This document shows positions 48,898 through 57,412 of a stretch of DNA of 64,000 nt, one piece after another. The translations under genes and the position numbers were made by a program. Positions within the stretch are counted from its first letter, which is position 1. Each line of letters begins with the position of its first letter. Origin of the DNA: an uncultured bacterium (GTDB lineage Bacteria > Actinomycetota > Acidimicrobiia > Spongiisociales > UBA5794); NCBI GenBank assembly GCA_963801165.1, contig CAWDDT010000005.1, positions 128,001 through 192,000 of the forward strand, in the 5' to 3' direction. The notes beneath the pieces are model-generated. The model did no database searches. It was not told the origin of the DNA and was given only the letters and a program-made list of their open reading frames with translations.

Positions 48898-49806
48898 ATG
48901 CGTAGAGAATGGCTCGAAACTGACTATTACGCCGTACTCGGCGTAAAGCCTGACGCGTCCGCAAAGGAAATCAAGCAGGCCTATCGCAAGCTGGCCCAGC
49001 AGTATCACCCGGACAAGAACGCCGGCAACGCTGATGCCGAGAGGCGCTTCAAGGAGGCCAACGAGGCCTACGAGGTCATCGGCGACGCCGAGCAGCGCAA
49101 GGAGTACGACCACTCTCGCGAGATGGGGTACTTCGTCGGTGGCCCGGGTGGCGCACAGCAGTACGTACGGGTCGAGGATCTGTTTGGCGGGGGCCGGGCG
49201 GCGGGCGGATCGCCGTTCGACCTGCTCGGCGGGCTCGGAGATCTGTTCAACCGCCAGACGTCGCGCCCCGCGGGCGGTGAGGACCTCACCGCTGCGATGC
49301 ACCTCAGCTTTCACGACGCCGTCTCCGGCACCACCAGGAAGCTCAATGTCGACGGGCAAACCGTTACCGTGAAGATCCCCAAGGGAGTCAGCGACGGTGC
49401 CCGAATTCGTGTGCGTGGGCGTGGCGCACCGGGGCGAAATGGAGGACCGGCGGGTGACCTGTACGTGACGGTCCAGGTTGCCGAACATCCGATCTTCGGG
49501 CGCTCCGGGAAGAATCTCACCATCGACGTGCCGATTACCTTCATCGAGGCCGCACTAGGTGCCGAGATCGACGTCCCGACTCTGAGCGGCAAGGTGCGGC
49601 TTCGCATTCCCGCCGGTACTCAGACCGGGAAGACTCTCCGTGTTCGCGAACACGGTGTCGAGGACAGCAAGGGCGACAAAGGTGATCTGCTGGTAACGGT
49701 CTCGGTGACCGTGCCCGAGAAGCTCACCGACGAGAGTCGCGAGCTGCTCCAGCAGTTCCGGCTGAAGAATCCCGACTACAACCCACGATCGCACCTGGGG
49801 GTGTGA
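48898..49806 (+). CDS. dnaJ: DnaJ-family co-chaperone lacking the zinc finger (class B)
   Basis: J-domain with HPD, a G/F region and a C-terminal DnaJ domain; no CxxCxGxG repeats. Confidence 0.9.
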   Translation: MRREWLETDYYAVLGVKPDASAKEIKQAYRKLAQQYHPDKNAGNADAERRFKEANEAYEVIGDAEQRKEYDHSREMGYFVGGPGGAQQYVRVEDLFGGGRAAGGSPFDLLGGLGDLFNRQTSRPAGGEDLTAAMHLSFHDAVSGTTRKLNVDGQTVTVKIPKGVSDGARIRVRGRGAPGRNGGPAGDLYVTVQVAEHPIFGRSGKNLTIDVPITFIEAALGAEIDVPTLSGKVRLRIPAGTQTGKTLRVREHGVEDSKGDKGDLLVTVSVTVPEKLTDESRELLQQFRLKNPDYNPRSHLGV

Positions 49807-49810
49807 CCAA

Positions 49811-50215
49811 ATGAGCAAGAGAACTGGGGCCGTCTACATAATCTCGGTCGCCGCCGAGTTGGCAGGGGTCCATCCGCAAACGCTTCGCATCTATGAGCGT
49901 AAGGGGCTGATCGAGCCGTTCCGTACCCCCGGAGGGACCAGACGGTACTCAGACGAGGATCTCGAGCGGCTCGGTCTGATCCAGGAGCTCACGGCGGACG
50001 GTGTAAACCTGGAGGGAGTGCGCCGCATTCTCGATCTCCAGGCCGAGAACGACCGGCTACGGTCACAGGTCGACCGGTTGCGCCGGCTGCTCGGCGAGGC
50101 CCAGTCGCGCATGGGCGCCGATCTCCCGGTTTCCGCACGGACGTTCACGGTGAACGTCACCAAGCGGCGCAACCTCCCCGACATCATTCGCGGGGGCCCA
50201 TTCGGCGACTCGTGA
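49811..50215 (+). CDS. hspR: Heat-shock repressor HspR (MerR family)
   Basis: 'YIISVAAELAGVHPQTLRIYER' and 'GVNLEGVRRIL'; last gene of the dnaK operon. Confidence 0.92.
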   Translation: MSKRTGAVYIISVAAELAGVHPQTLRIYERKGLIEPFRTPGGTRRYSDEDLERLGLIQELTADGVNLEGVRRILDLQAENDRLRSQVDRLRRLLGEAQSRMGADLPVSARTFTVNVTKRRNLPDIIRGGPFGDS

Positions 50216-50246
50216 CGCCCCCGACACGATCCCTTATCATTGAGGC

Positions 50247-50645
50247 ATGGACTGGCTGTCCCGCCCGTTGCTGCGACGCCCGCTGATGTTCCTGCTCGGC
50301 CTCGGCCTTGCTGTAGGCGCGGGGCTGCTCTTTCAGCCCCACTGGGTAAGCCTGTGCACCCGTATCAACTCCACGGAGTTCGTCGGCTGGAATGGCGAGA
50401 CGGTCGTTGTCGGGCACCAGTGTGCCTGGGTAAGCCCGGCCACGATGGCCGGCACTTTCTTGATCGGATTCGGTGCGTTCATGCTCGTCATCGGCCCGAT
50501 CATCTTCTCGCTGGCCCACGTGCTCCGACATGGCTTCAACTGGGAGTACTCACGTGTCGAGACCGCCACCTCCAACCTTCCCATGCTCTCCGGGGTCCTC
50601 TACATCATCGCCGGAACCAGTCTCGCCTTCATGAGCGGCAGCTAG
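50247..50645 (+). CDS. Hypothetical membrane protein
   Basis: Three hydrophobic segments, a loop flanked by two Cys, and GC-type codon usage. Confidence 0.65.
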   Translation: MDWLSRPLLRRPLMFLLGLGLAVGAGLLFQPHWVSLCTRINSTEFVGWNGETVVVGHQCAWVSPATMAGTFLIGFGAFMLVIGPIIFSLAHVLRHGFNWEYSRVETATSNLPMLSGVLYIIAGTSLAFMSGS

Positions 50646-50760
50646 ACACGACCCCGACCTGACCACTCCGTTCCTGCGCAGATGCTGCCGGCATACCGGC
50701 GGAGGCTACGCACGAGCCTCGACTCGTGGCAAAAGACCCGTGCCCGTATAGGCTATTGCC

Positions 50761-52518
50761 ATGAACTTCAAGGGGGCAACGGCCGTTCTCGCGACGATGG
50801 CGGTGATCGTCGGATTGGGGTCGAGTTCGGCAGAGGCTGATGAGCAACCGCCGTCGGTCGTGCTCGGGCCCGGATCGTTCACCGATGACAACGGCTCCAT
50901 CCACGAATCCAGCATCGAAGCTCTCGCCGCGGCAGGCATCACCCTGGGATGCAACCCACCCGACAACGACCACTACTGCCCCACCACACCAACCACCCGC
51001 GCCCAGATGGCCACCTTCCTCACCCGCGCCCTCGACCTCCCCGCAACCAGCACCGACTACTTCACCGACGACAACAGCTCCATCCACGAATCCAGCATCA
51101 ACGCCCTCGCCGCGGCAGGCATCACCCTGGGATGCAACCCACCCGACAACGACCACTACTGCCCCACCACACCAACCACCCGCGCCCAGATGGCCACCTT
51201 CCTCACCCGCGCCCTCGACCTCCCCGCAACCAGCACCGACTACTTCACCGACGACAACAGCTCCATCCACGAATCCAGCATCAACGCCCTCGCCGCGGCA
51301 GGCATCACCCTGGGCTGCAACCCACCCGACAACGACCGCTACTGCCCGCAGAGTGAGACGACGCGGGCGCAGATGGCGACGTTCTTGGTGCGTGGGCTCG
51401 GCTTCGGGCCACCCGAACTGTGGGCGTTGGTGCACGATGCCGTCGACGACCCGATCCCGGGATCGAGCTCCGCAGGCCGCCTCGCCTACGGGGACGTCGG
51501 CTACGTCGCGGCTGGTCCTGTCCTCGCCATCAACGATGATGCGGCCATCTGGACATCGCCCGACGGCGTCGACTGGGCCTACGTACCTAACACCGCCGGT
51601 TTGTTCGGCGGCCCGGGCAACGCGATCGCGGTCTCCGATGTCGCCTCGGGCAACACAGCCATGGTGGCTGTCGGTAACTGGCGCTCATCGAACAGCTCGA
51701 TCAAATCCGACGCAGCCGTCTGGCGCTCAGAGGACAGAGTCACATGGGCACGAGTTGCGGACAGCCGATCCGCGTTTGGGACCTCGGACGACAACTCACT
51801 GCTCATGAACGCCGTTTCGTTCGATCCTGCCCTCGGCTTCGTTGCAGTAGGCAGCGAGGCACTCCTCGACGGTCAACCCGGCATGTCCGAGGAGAGCGTG
51901 GCCGCCGTTTGGGAGTCGAGCGATGGTGTCGACTGGGCTCGGGTCCCTACCGACTCCGCGCTCGAGGGCGGCAAGACGCTGACAATGAATGACGTTGTCG
52001 CCGCAAACGGTCTCGTCGTCGCCATCGGCACCGACTACTCGACCAATTCTCCTGCGTTCTGGTGGTCATCTGACGCACAGACTTGGACTCGAACCAGCGA
52101 TCCGTCCGGCCTGCCGCCGCTCGACTCGCTGAGCATCGAGGACATCACCGCCGGGGCGGCCGGATTCGTGGCTGTCGCATACGAGACCATCGGCGAGACC
52201 CGCGCCCCGGTGTCGTACACGTCGATGGACGGTAAGACCTGGACCCGGCATGCCCTCGCCGTCGAGGGGACGCTGTCGGCCGTCACGTATGACGGTTCTG
52301 CATACGTAGCGGTAGGAAGCGGATCGACCACCTTGCACTATCCAGGGGCGGTATGGGAGTCCGAAGACGGGGTCACCTGGCAACGCAGAGGTGAACGAAC
52401 CAGCGGGCCGACTTCACGATGGCTACAGACGGTCGTGGCAACGCCAGCCGGTTTACTGGTGGGTGGGACGCAAACCCCCGAGCACACGAACTATGGCGCC
52501 ATCTGGCTCCGCCCGTAA
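50761..52518 (+). CDS. Secreted S-layer homology (SLH) repeat protein with C-terminal beta-propeller-like domain
   Basis: Signal peptide, three SLH units ('FTDD..SIHE..I.ALAAAGIT.GC...TRAQMATFL.R') and Asp-box-like 'W.S.DG..W' repeats. Confidence 0.88.
   Translation: MNFKGATAVLATMAVIVGLGSSSAEADEQPPSVVLGPGSFTDDNGSIHESSIEALAAAGITLGCNPPDNDHYCPTTPTTRAQMATFLTRALDLPATSTDYFTDDNSSIHESSINALAAAGITLGCNPPDNDHYCPTTPTTRAQMATFLTRALDLPATSTDYFTDDNSSIHESSINALAAAGITLGCNPPDNDRYCPQSETTRAQMATFLVRGLGFGPPELWALVHDAVDDPIPGSSSAGRLAYGDVGYVAAGPVLAINDDAAIWTSPDGVDWAYVPNTAGLFGGPGNAIAVSDVASGNTAMVAVGNWRSSNSSIKSDAAVWRSEDRVTWARVADSRSAFGTSDDNSLLMNAVSFDPALGFVAVGSEALLDGQPGMSEESVAAVWESSDGVDWARVPTDSALEGGKTLTMNDVVAANGLVVAIGTDYSTNSPAFWWSSDAQTWTRTSDPSGLPPLDSLSIEDITAGAAGFVAVAYETIGETRAPVSYTSMDGKTWTRHALAVEGTLSAVTYDGSAYVAVGSGSTTLHYPGAVWESEDGVTWQRRGERTSGPTSRWLQTVVATPAGLLVGGTQTPEHTNYGAIWLRP
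50878..51400 (+). repeat. Intragenic 183-bp (61-aa) tandem repeat, about 2.8 copies
   Basis: Units begin at 50878, 51061 and 51244 and are near-identical at the nucleotide level. Confidence 0.92.
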
Positions 52519-52573
52519 TTGTGTGGCGTCACAAGGCGGAACATGCCTCGGTTTCGACGCACGACGCAGAGAG

Positions 52574-53218
52574 TCAGGCGATAAAGGACTCGCCGTCGCG
52601 TTGCTGGACGACGAAGGTGGCGACCAGCGAAGCGATGTCGGGCCAGGCATCGAGGGCGGCGCGGGTCTGCGCGTTGGCCGCGGCGGCACGGGTCGACCAA
52701 TCGATGCCTGCGGGAGCATCGACAAAAACGCCGAGCTCGGGACGGTGGGTGAGCTGCGAGCCCTGAAGGTCGAAGCCGTCCATCTCGACGACGGCGAGCC
52801 CCAACTCCTCGCAGCGGTCCACCAGCTCGATCGCCGTTGCATGATCGTAGAAGCCCTCGCCGTCGTCGGCGCGGTAGACCACCCGCTCTTCGAACTCCTC
52901 GGTCACCGCATTCGTATCAGGGGATTCCTCGTTCCACTCCCCCTCCGGCACGGCCGCGTTGTAGTCGCGGAGGTACTCCTCGTCCTCCTCCTCGAGCCGG
53001 TCTTCAGGAGTGACGATCCGTATCGCCGTGTCCAGGGCACGGATGAGATCACCGACCTCCAGGTCGTGTACGTCGCCGTCATCGTCCGGGTAGATCTGGA
53101 CGATGGTCTCTTCGCCGTCCCAGAACACCATGCCGACAAAGTCGTTGTCCCGCCACAGCTCGACAACCGGCTCGTCGAAATCGGGACGGTCTGTCTCAAC
53201 GATTCTCAGAGGAAGCAT
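52574..53218 (-). CDS. Hypothetical acidic protein
   Basis: 214-aa ORF with coding-like codon usage, D/E-rich, co-oriented with the upstream operon. Confidence 0.72.
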   Translation of the reverse strand: MLPLRIVETDRPDFDEPVVELWRDNDFVGMVFWDGEETIVQIYPDDDGDVHDLEVGDLIRALDTAIRIVTPEDRLEEEDEEYLRDYNAAVPEGEWNEESPDTNAVTEEFEERVVYRADDGEGFYDHATAIELVDRCEELGLAVVEMDGFDLQGSQLTHRPELGVFVDAPAGIDWSTRAAAANAQTRAALDAWPDIASLVATFVVQQRDGESFIA

Positions 53219-53227
53219 TGGGGAACG

Positions 53228-54172
53228 TTACCCGACGCGCTCGACATCCCGCGAACCGGGGGAGTCCGGTTGGGTGACCCGGGAGGAGGCGGCCTTCGAC
53301 AGATGGACGAACAGAATGCCGGCGAGCACCAGAATCGACCCGAGAATCTGGCCGATGCTCATGGACTCGCCCAGGATGATGAAGGCGAAGATCGGCACCT
53401 CGATGACCTGCGCCGACCCGATGATGCCGGCGTGCAGTGCGTTGAGAGTGCGCATCGCCATGTGCCAGAGGGTGAAAGCCAGAGCGGTGTTGATGACACC
53501 CAGGACGAGGATGAGGCCGATCTGCTCCCAACCCAGATGGGGGAAAGGCTCGACGAAGCGTGACACGACAAAGAGCCCGGCACTGCCCATGACCATGGGA
53601 ATGAGCGCCGCATCCAGGGCGCTTATCGTGCCGCCGCGCATCACCTGGCGCTGTACCGAGTTCGACCCACCGACGCCTATTGCCGCCACCATCGCCAGCC
53701 CGATGCCAACAGCCGCGTCACCATGGGGTACCGCCGGGTAGAAGAGAAAGATGCCACCGATCAACACGGCGATGCCCAGCCACTCCCATCGGGAGGTGGC
53801 CTCTTTGAGGAACACGCCCGCAAGCAGCGCCGTGACCAAGGGGATACCCGCTTGGAACACGAAGTTGAAGGTGATGGCGTCGACGATGTCGAGCGAGATG
53901 AACTGTGCCGCGGGAACGATCCCATACAGCATCACCCCGAGCACGATCAGCCATCGCCACGAGGTCCGTCCCGCCCTCGGAACCGGCGACCCCTGGCTGA
54001 TCGCTCGCCAAACGATTAGGGCACCCGCACCGACCAGATACCGAAATGACGCAAACGTCAGGCGGGGAATGTCCTGTAGGCCGAGTTTGACCAGGACGAT
54101 CGCCGCCGCCCACAGGATGGAAGTGGCAACCGCATACGCAACGGCCCGGGGCAGCGACGGCCGCCCGCTCAC
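53228..54172 (-). CDS. EamA/DMT-family transporter
   Basis: About 10 TM segments in two EamA repeats ('FRYLVG', 'FLKE', 'ILGES'); GTG start overlaps the upstream stop. Confidence 0.88.
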   Translation of the reverse strand: MSGRPSLPRAVAYAVATSILWAAAIVLVKLGLQDIPRLTFASFRYLVGAGALIVWRAISQGSPVPRAGRTSWRWLIVLGVMLYGIVPAAQFISLDIVDAITFNFVFQAGIPLVTALLAGVFLKEATSRWEWLGIAVLIGGIFLFYPAVPHGDAAVGIGLAMVAAIGVGGSNSVQRQVMRGGTISALDAALIPMVMGSAGLFVVSRFVEPFPHLGWEQIGLILVLGVINTALAFTLWHMAMRTLNALHAGIIGSAQVIEVPIFAFIILGESMSIGQILGSILVLAGILFVHLSKAASSRVTQPDSPGSRDVERVG

Positions 54173-55233
54173 GTAGGCACCAGGGCGTCGGTAAACAGCG
54201 CCTCCACCCGGCGCATGACCTCGGCCGCGTCTCCCGGTTCGTTTGCGTAGTCGAGTTCGGAAGTATCGATACGGAGGACGGGCACCGACTTCTCGGCGTC
54301 GGCCCACCGTTCGTATCGCTGGTAGACATTACTGAGGAAACCCAGGTCGAGATCGCGCTCCCCCATTCGATCCCGACCCCGGATACGCTCTACGGTCAGC
54401 TCGAAAGGGGCCGTCAGGTACAGGATGAGATCGGGTTGCGGCACGTTCTCCAGCAGGCCACGCGCCAGCGTCATCAAGGTCTCAAGATCGTCGTCGTCGA
54501 GGGCACCCTGATCGTGCATGACCCGGTTGAACACCTCAGCGTCCTCCGACAGGCAACGCTCCTGGAGGATCGCACCGGGCACATGGCGTGCCGAGTTGTG
54601 CAGCGCCGCCCGCTGGCCGAGATAGAACGCCTGGTTGCGAAAAGCGTAGTCGGACAGGTTGGCGTACACCTTGGAGAGGTACGGATTCTCCATTACCGGT
54701 TCGGGAAGCACCGTCCAGATCCCGGTCCTCGCCAGGAGGTCGATGAGCGTCGTCTTGCCGACGCCCAGAGGGCCGGACACCACGACATACGATCGCTCGA
54801 GACGCCGCAGGTCGATAGTCGCCTCGCCTGTTCGCAGATCGATGACAACGCGCTCTTCAGCGAGCATCTTCCGCAACCCGTCGAGACTGCGGGCAATCCG
54901 GCTGTCGAGGATGCCCTCTACGATGCGACCGTGGCCGTTCCCGTGATAGCCACTGGTGCTCAACCCGACACACAGCTTGCCCCGACCGTATGCGATCCCG
55001 GCCTCGGCGGCGCAGCCGCCGTCGAGGTTCACGACCACCAGGTCGGCCTCCTCGATCGCGCGGACGCTCTTGTTGAACACCCCGTTGCCCGTAGGGGTCG
55101 TGCCGTCGTTCGGGACAATGGTCTCGAAACCGAGCTCCGCCAGCAGGTTCGTCACGGCCAGGTGCGAGACTCTCCCCCGCTTGGCTGCTCCCGCGATGTA
55201 GCAGGCCCGGGGCAGGCGTTCACGATTCACCAC
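54169..55233 (-). CDS. Fusion of a nucleoside 2-deoxyribosyltransferase-like domain and a deoxynucleoside kinase
   Basis: N-domain 'YIAG...AIEEADLVVVNLDG..AEAGIAYGRGK'; C-domain 'VSGPLGVGKTT', 'EPVMENPYL..Y', 'QERC', 'PDLILYL' and 'RIRGRDRMGE'. Start uncertain. Confidence 0.8.
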   Translation of the reverse strand: MVNRERLPRACYIAGAAKRGRVSHLAVTNLLAELGFETIVPNDGTTPTGNGVFNKSVRAIEEADLVVVNLDGGCAAEAGIAYGRGKLCVGLSTSGYHGNGHGRIVEGILDSRIARSLDGLRKMLAEERVVIDLRTGEATIDLRRLERSYVVVSGPLGVGKTTLIDLLARTGIWTVLPEPVMENPYLSKVYANLSDYAFRNQAFYLGQRAALHNSARHVPGAILQERCLSEDAEVFNRVMHDQGALDDDDLETLMTLARGLLENVPQPDLILYLTAPFELTVERIRGRDRMGERDLDLGFLSNVYQRYERWADAEKSVPVLRIDTSELDYANEPGDAAEVMRRVEALFTDALVPT

Positions 55234-55361
55234 TTTGTTCACCTCTCGGTGGCCCGCACGCCACTTGATGAGGACAGTAGCGAGAACTGGCGAGCTAGCC
55301 GATGGGAATTCGGCCCGATCACCACTGCCAATGGGCCCGGTGCCACAGTTAGTGTGATGGC

Positions 55362-56324
55362 ATGCCAATCGAGATCCTGCTGCTGCTTGCGCTCCCCGCT
55401 TCCGGTAAGTCGGAGTTGCGCCGCTATCTGGAATCGCTCGATGCCGAGACGGCTAGACGCGACCTGGGGCTGGGTCCTACGGTTCAGCTCGACGACTATC
55501 CCTACGTCCACATCATGCGACGTATCGGTGAGGAGACCCGTGCCGCCGGTGACGAACCGCTCTTCTTCGCCTCGAGCGATGAGCCCTTCCTCGACCCACG
55601 GGACTGGGACACGCTCATCTACCTGCTCAACTTCGATTACGCCGACCTCCACGACCCGCCCCAACCGCCGACCGGCGGCACCGCGGCCACCTGGTTGTTC
55701 GACCGCATCGACCGTGCCCGTAGCAAGGCGGGCTTGCCGAGGGCGCTCACCGCCCTTGCACCACTTACCCGCAAGAGGCTCGAGACGGCCCTCGAATCGG
55801 AGGCGCAGGCCGTCTTCGCCGAAAAGACCGCGGCGATCCCCAAGAGCCTCGATAGCAAGACTGTCGTCATCGAGTTTGCCCGGGGCGGCCCGGAGGGGTC
55901 GGCTCTCCCCCTCCCGGAGCCATACGGCTACGAGCATGCTCTCCCTTTGCTCAGTCGCGAGATCCTCCAAAAGGCCAGGATCCTCTACGTGTGGGTCGAG
56001 CCTGAGGAGAGTCGCCGAAAGAACGCTGCCAGGGCGATCCCGGGTCGTGAGGGTGACGCCTCGATCCTGCATCATGGAGTTCCGGAGACGGTAATGCGCA
56101 ACGAATACGGGATTGACGACCTCATGTGGTTGCTCGCCGCCTCGGGTGGCAGCGTGGTCGCGGTTACAAAGGACGACGAGCATTTCGCCCTGCCGACAGG
56201 CGTCTTCGACAACCGCACCGACCTCACGTCGTTCCTGCGCGGAGACCCCGACGGCTGGTCCCTCTTTCGGGTCCGCCGGCTCCATCAGGAGCTTGTGAAC
56301 TCGACGGCGGGCTTCCGGGTATGA
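55362..56324 (+). CDS. Uncharacterised P-loop (kinase-like) protein
   Basis: N-terminal strand plus Walker-A-like 'LLLALPASGKSE', 'VVIEFARG' and 'ILYVWVEPEESRRKN'. Confidence 0.7.
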   Translation: MPIEILLLLALPASGKSELRRYLESLDAETARRDLGLGPTVQLDDYPYVHIMRRIGEETRAAGDEPLFFASSDEPFLDPRDWDTLIYLLNFDYADLHDPPQPPTGGTAATWLFDRIDRARSKAGLPRALTALAPLTRKRLETALESEAQAVFAEKTAAIPKSLDSKTVVIEFARGGPEGSALPLPEPYGYEHALPLLSREILQKARILYVWVEPEESRRKNAARAIPGREGDASILHHGVPETVMRNEYGIDDLMWLLAASGGSVVAVTKDDEHFALPTGVFDNRTDLTSFLRGDPDGWSLFRVRRLHQELVNSTAGFRV

Positions 56325-56332
56325 CACGCGAC

Positions 56333-56361
56333 AAAGCCCCCGGATGGTCTCCGAGGGCTTT
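56333..56361. terminator. Hairpin terminator between convergent genes
   Basis: AAAGCCCCCGGA-TGGTC-TCCGAGGGCTTT. Confidence 0.65.
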
Positions 56362-56395
56362 GGATCAGGAGTGAAAGTCGTTACTTCTTGAGAGA

Positions 56396-56785
56396 TTACT
56401 TCTTGAGAGCGTCCCGGATCTCCCTGAGCAGTGCCACCCGCTCGTCGTCGACGGATGCAGCCTCGGTCTCTCCACCGGCCATCTTCATGTTCTTGTAGGC
56501 CTCGTAGGGCTTGATGATCAGGAAGAAGACACCGAACGCTATCGCAAGGAAAGTCACCAGGGAAGTGATAAACGAGCCGTAGTAGATGGCCGCATCTCTC
56601 AGGTGCCAGACGAGACCGCTGAAGTCCGTCGTCCCGAAGATGATCGCCACAATCGGCATGATGATGTCATTAACGACAGCACTGATGACATTGGCAAAGG
56701 CCACGGCCATGACGAAGGCGACGGCCAACCCGATGATGTCACCGCGGAAGGCGAATGCCTTGAAATCCTCGTAGAGCTTCTTCAT
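56396..56785 (-). CDS. mscL: Large-conductance mechanosensitive channel
   Basis: 'FKAFAFRGDIIGLAVAFV', 'YGSFI' and 'LLREIRDALK'. Confidence 0.95.
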   Translation of the reverse strand: MKKLYEDFKAFAFRGDIIGLAVAFVMAVAFANVISAVVNDIIMPIVAIIFGTTDFSGLVWHLRDAAIYYGSFITSLVTFLAIAFGVFFLIIKPYEAYKNMKMAGGETEAASVDDERVALLREIRDALKK

Positions 56786-56863
56786 TTACCCGCTCCTTGC
56801 TCTTTCGTATAGACGGAATGTACTCCTTTTCTTAGACCCGCCGCGTATTCAAAGGTTTCAGGA

Positions 56864-57334
56864 TTACAGAATCCACGGAAGCACCCGGTAGCGGACCCGC
56901 TGCCGGTACTCGGCATACTCGGGGAAGCGGGCCATGAGCATCCTCTCCTCGGCCCTGGTCTTGGCATAGAAGAACGGGATCAGCGGTAGCGAGAGCGCCA
57001 GAGCAGGCAAGTTGCCGCCTCTGATTGCCAGCCCGGCAAACCCCAGGATCAGCCCTCCGTAGATAGGGTGACGAACGATCAGATAGGGACCACGCTGCCG
57101 CAGCTCCCCATCTTCGAGCGGCGCCGGCATCGCGGTGAGCTGGCTCCGGATCACCCACAGGCCGCCGACACAGAGGAGGGCCCCGCAGGCGATCAGAACC
57201 CACCCGGTCGCCTTCCACAGAAGAACTGCATCGTGGGTTCCGCTGAGCGCCACAAGAATGACACCAAACCATATGAATTGGCCGACGACCCACCAGCCGC
57301 CACGCTCCCGAAACGACACAGACTTGATAGCCAT
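56864..57334 (-). CDS. Isoprenylcysteine carboxylmethyltransferase / PEMT-family membrane protein
   Basis: 'GPYLIVRHPIYGG' and 'EERMLMARFPEYAEY'. Confidence 0.88.
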   Translation of the reverse strand: MAIKSVSFRERGGWWVVGQFIWFGVILVALSGTHDAVLLWKATGWVLIACGALLCVGGLWVIRSQLTAMPAPLEDGELRQRGPYLIVRHPIYGGLILGFAGLAIRGGNLPALALSLPLIPFFYAKTRAEERMLMARFPEYAEYRQRVRYRVLPWIL

Positions 57335-57412
57335 AGACTTAGATTTCTTGAATATTCGTGGTAGAGTCGGTGTTGTCTATAGCGAAAACTCCTTCAGAGG
57401 GACCATTCTTCC

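Noticed and set aside
50878-51400. Possible DGR template/variable repeat or CRISPR
   Set aside because: The repeats are in-frame tandem SLH domains, the differences are not adenine-specific, and no reverse transcriptase is present.
54436-56327. 552-aa (+) and 362-aa (-) ORFs overlapping the kinase genes
   Set aside because: Alternative-frame or antisense shadows of the motif-bearing dNK fusion and P-loop genes.
57340-57400. HAIR (HspR) site upstream of clpB
   Set aside because: Expected biologically, but the best candidate (TAGAGT..GTCTA) has the wrong spacing and a poor match to CTTGAGT-N7-ACTCAAG.
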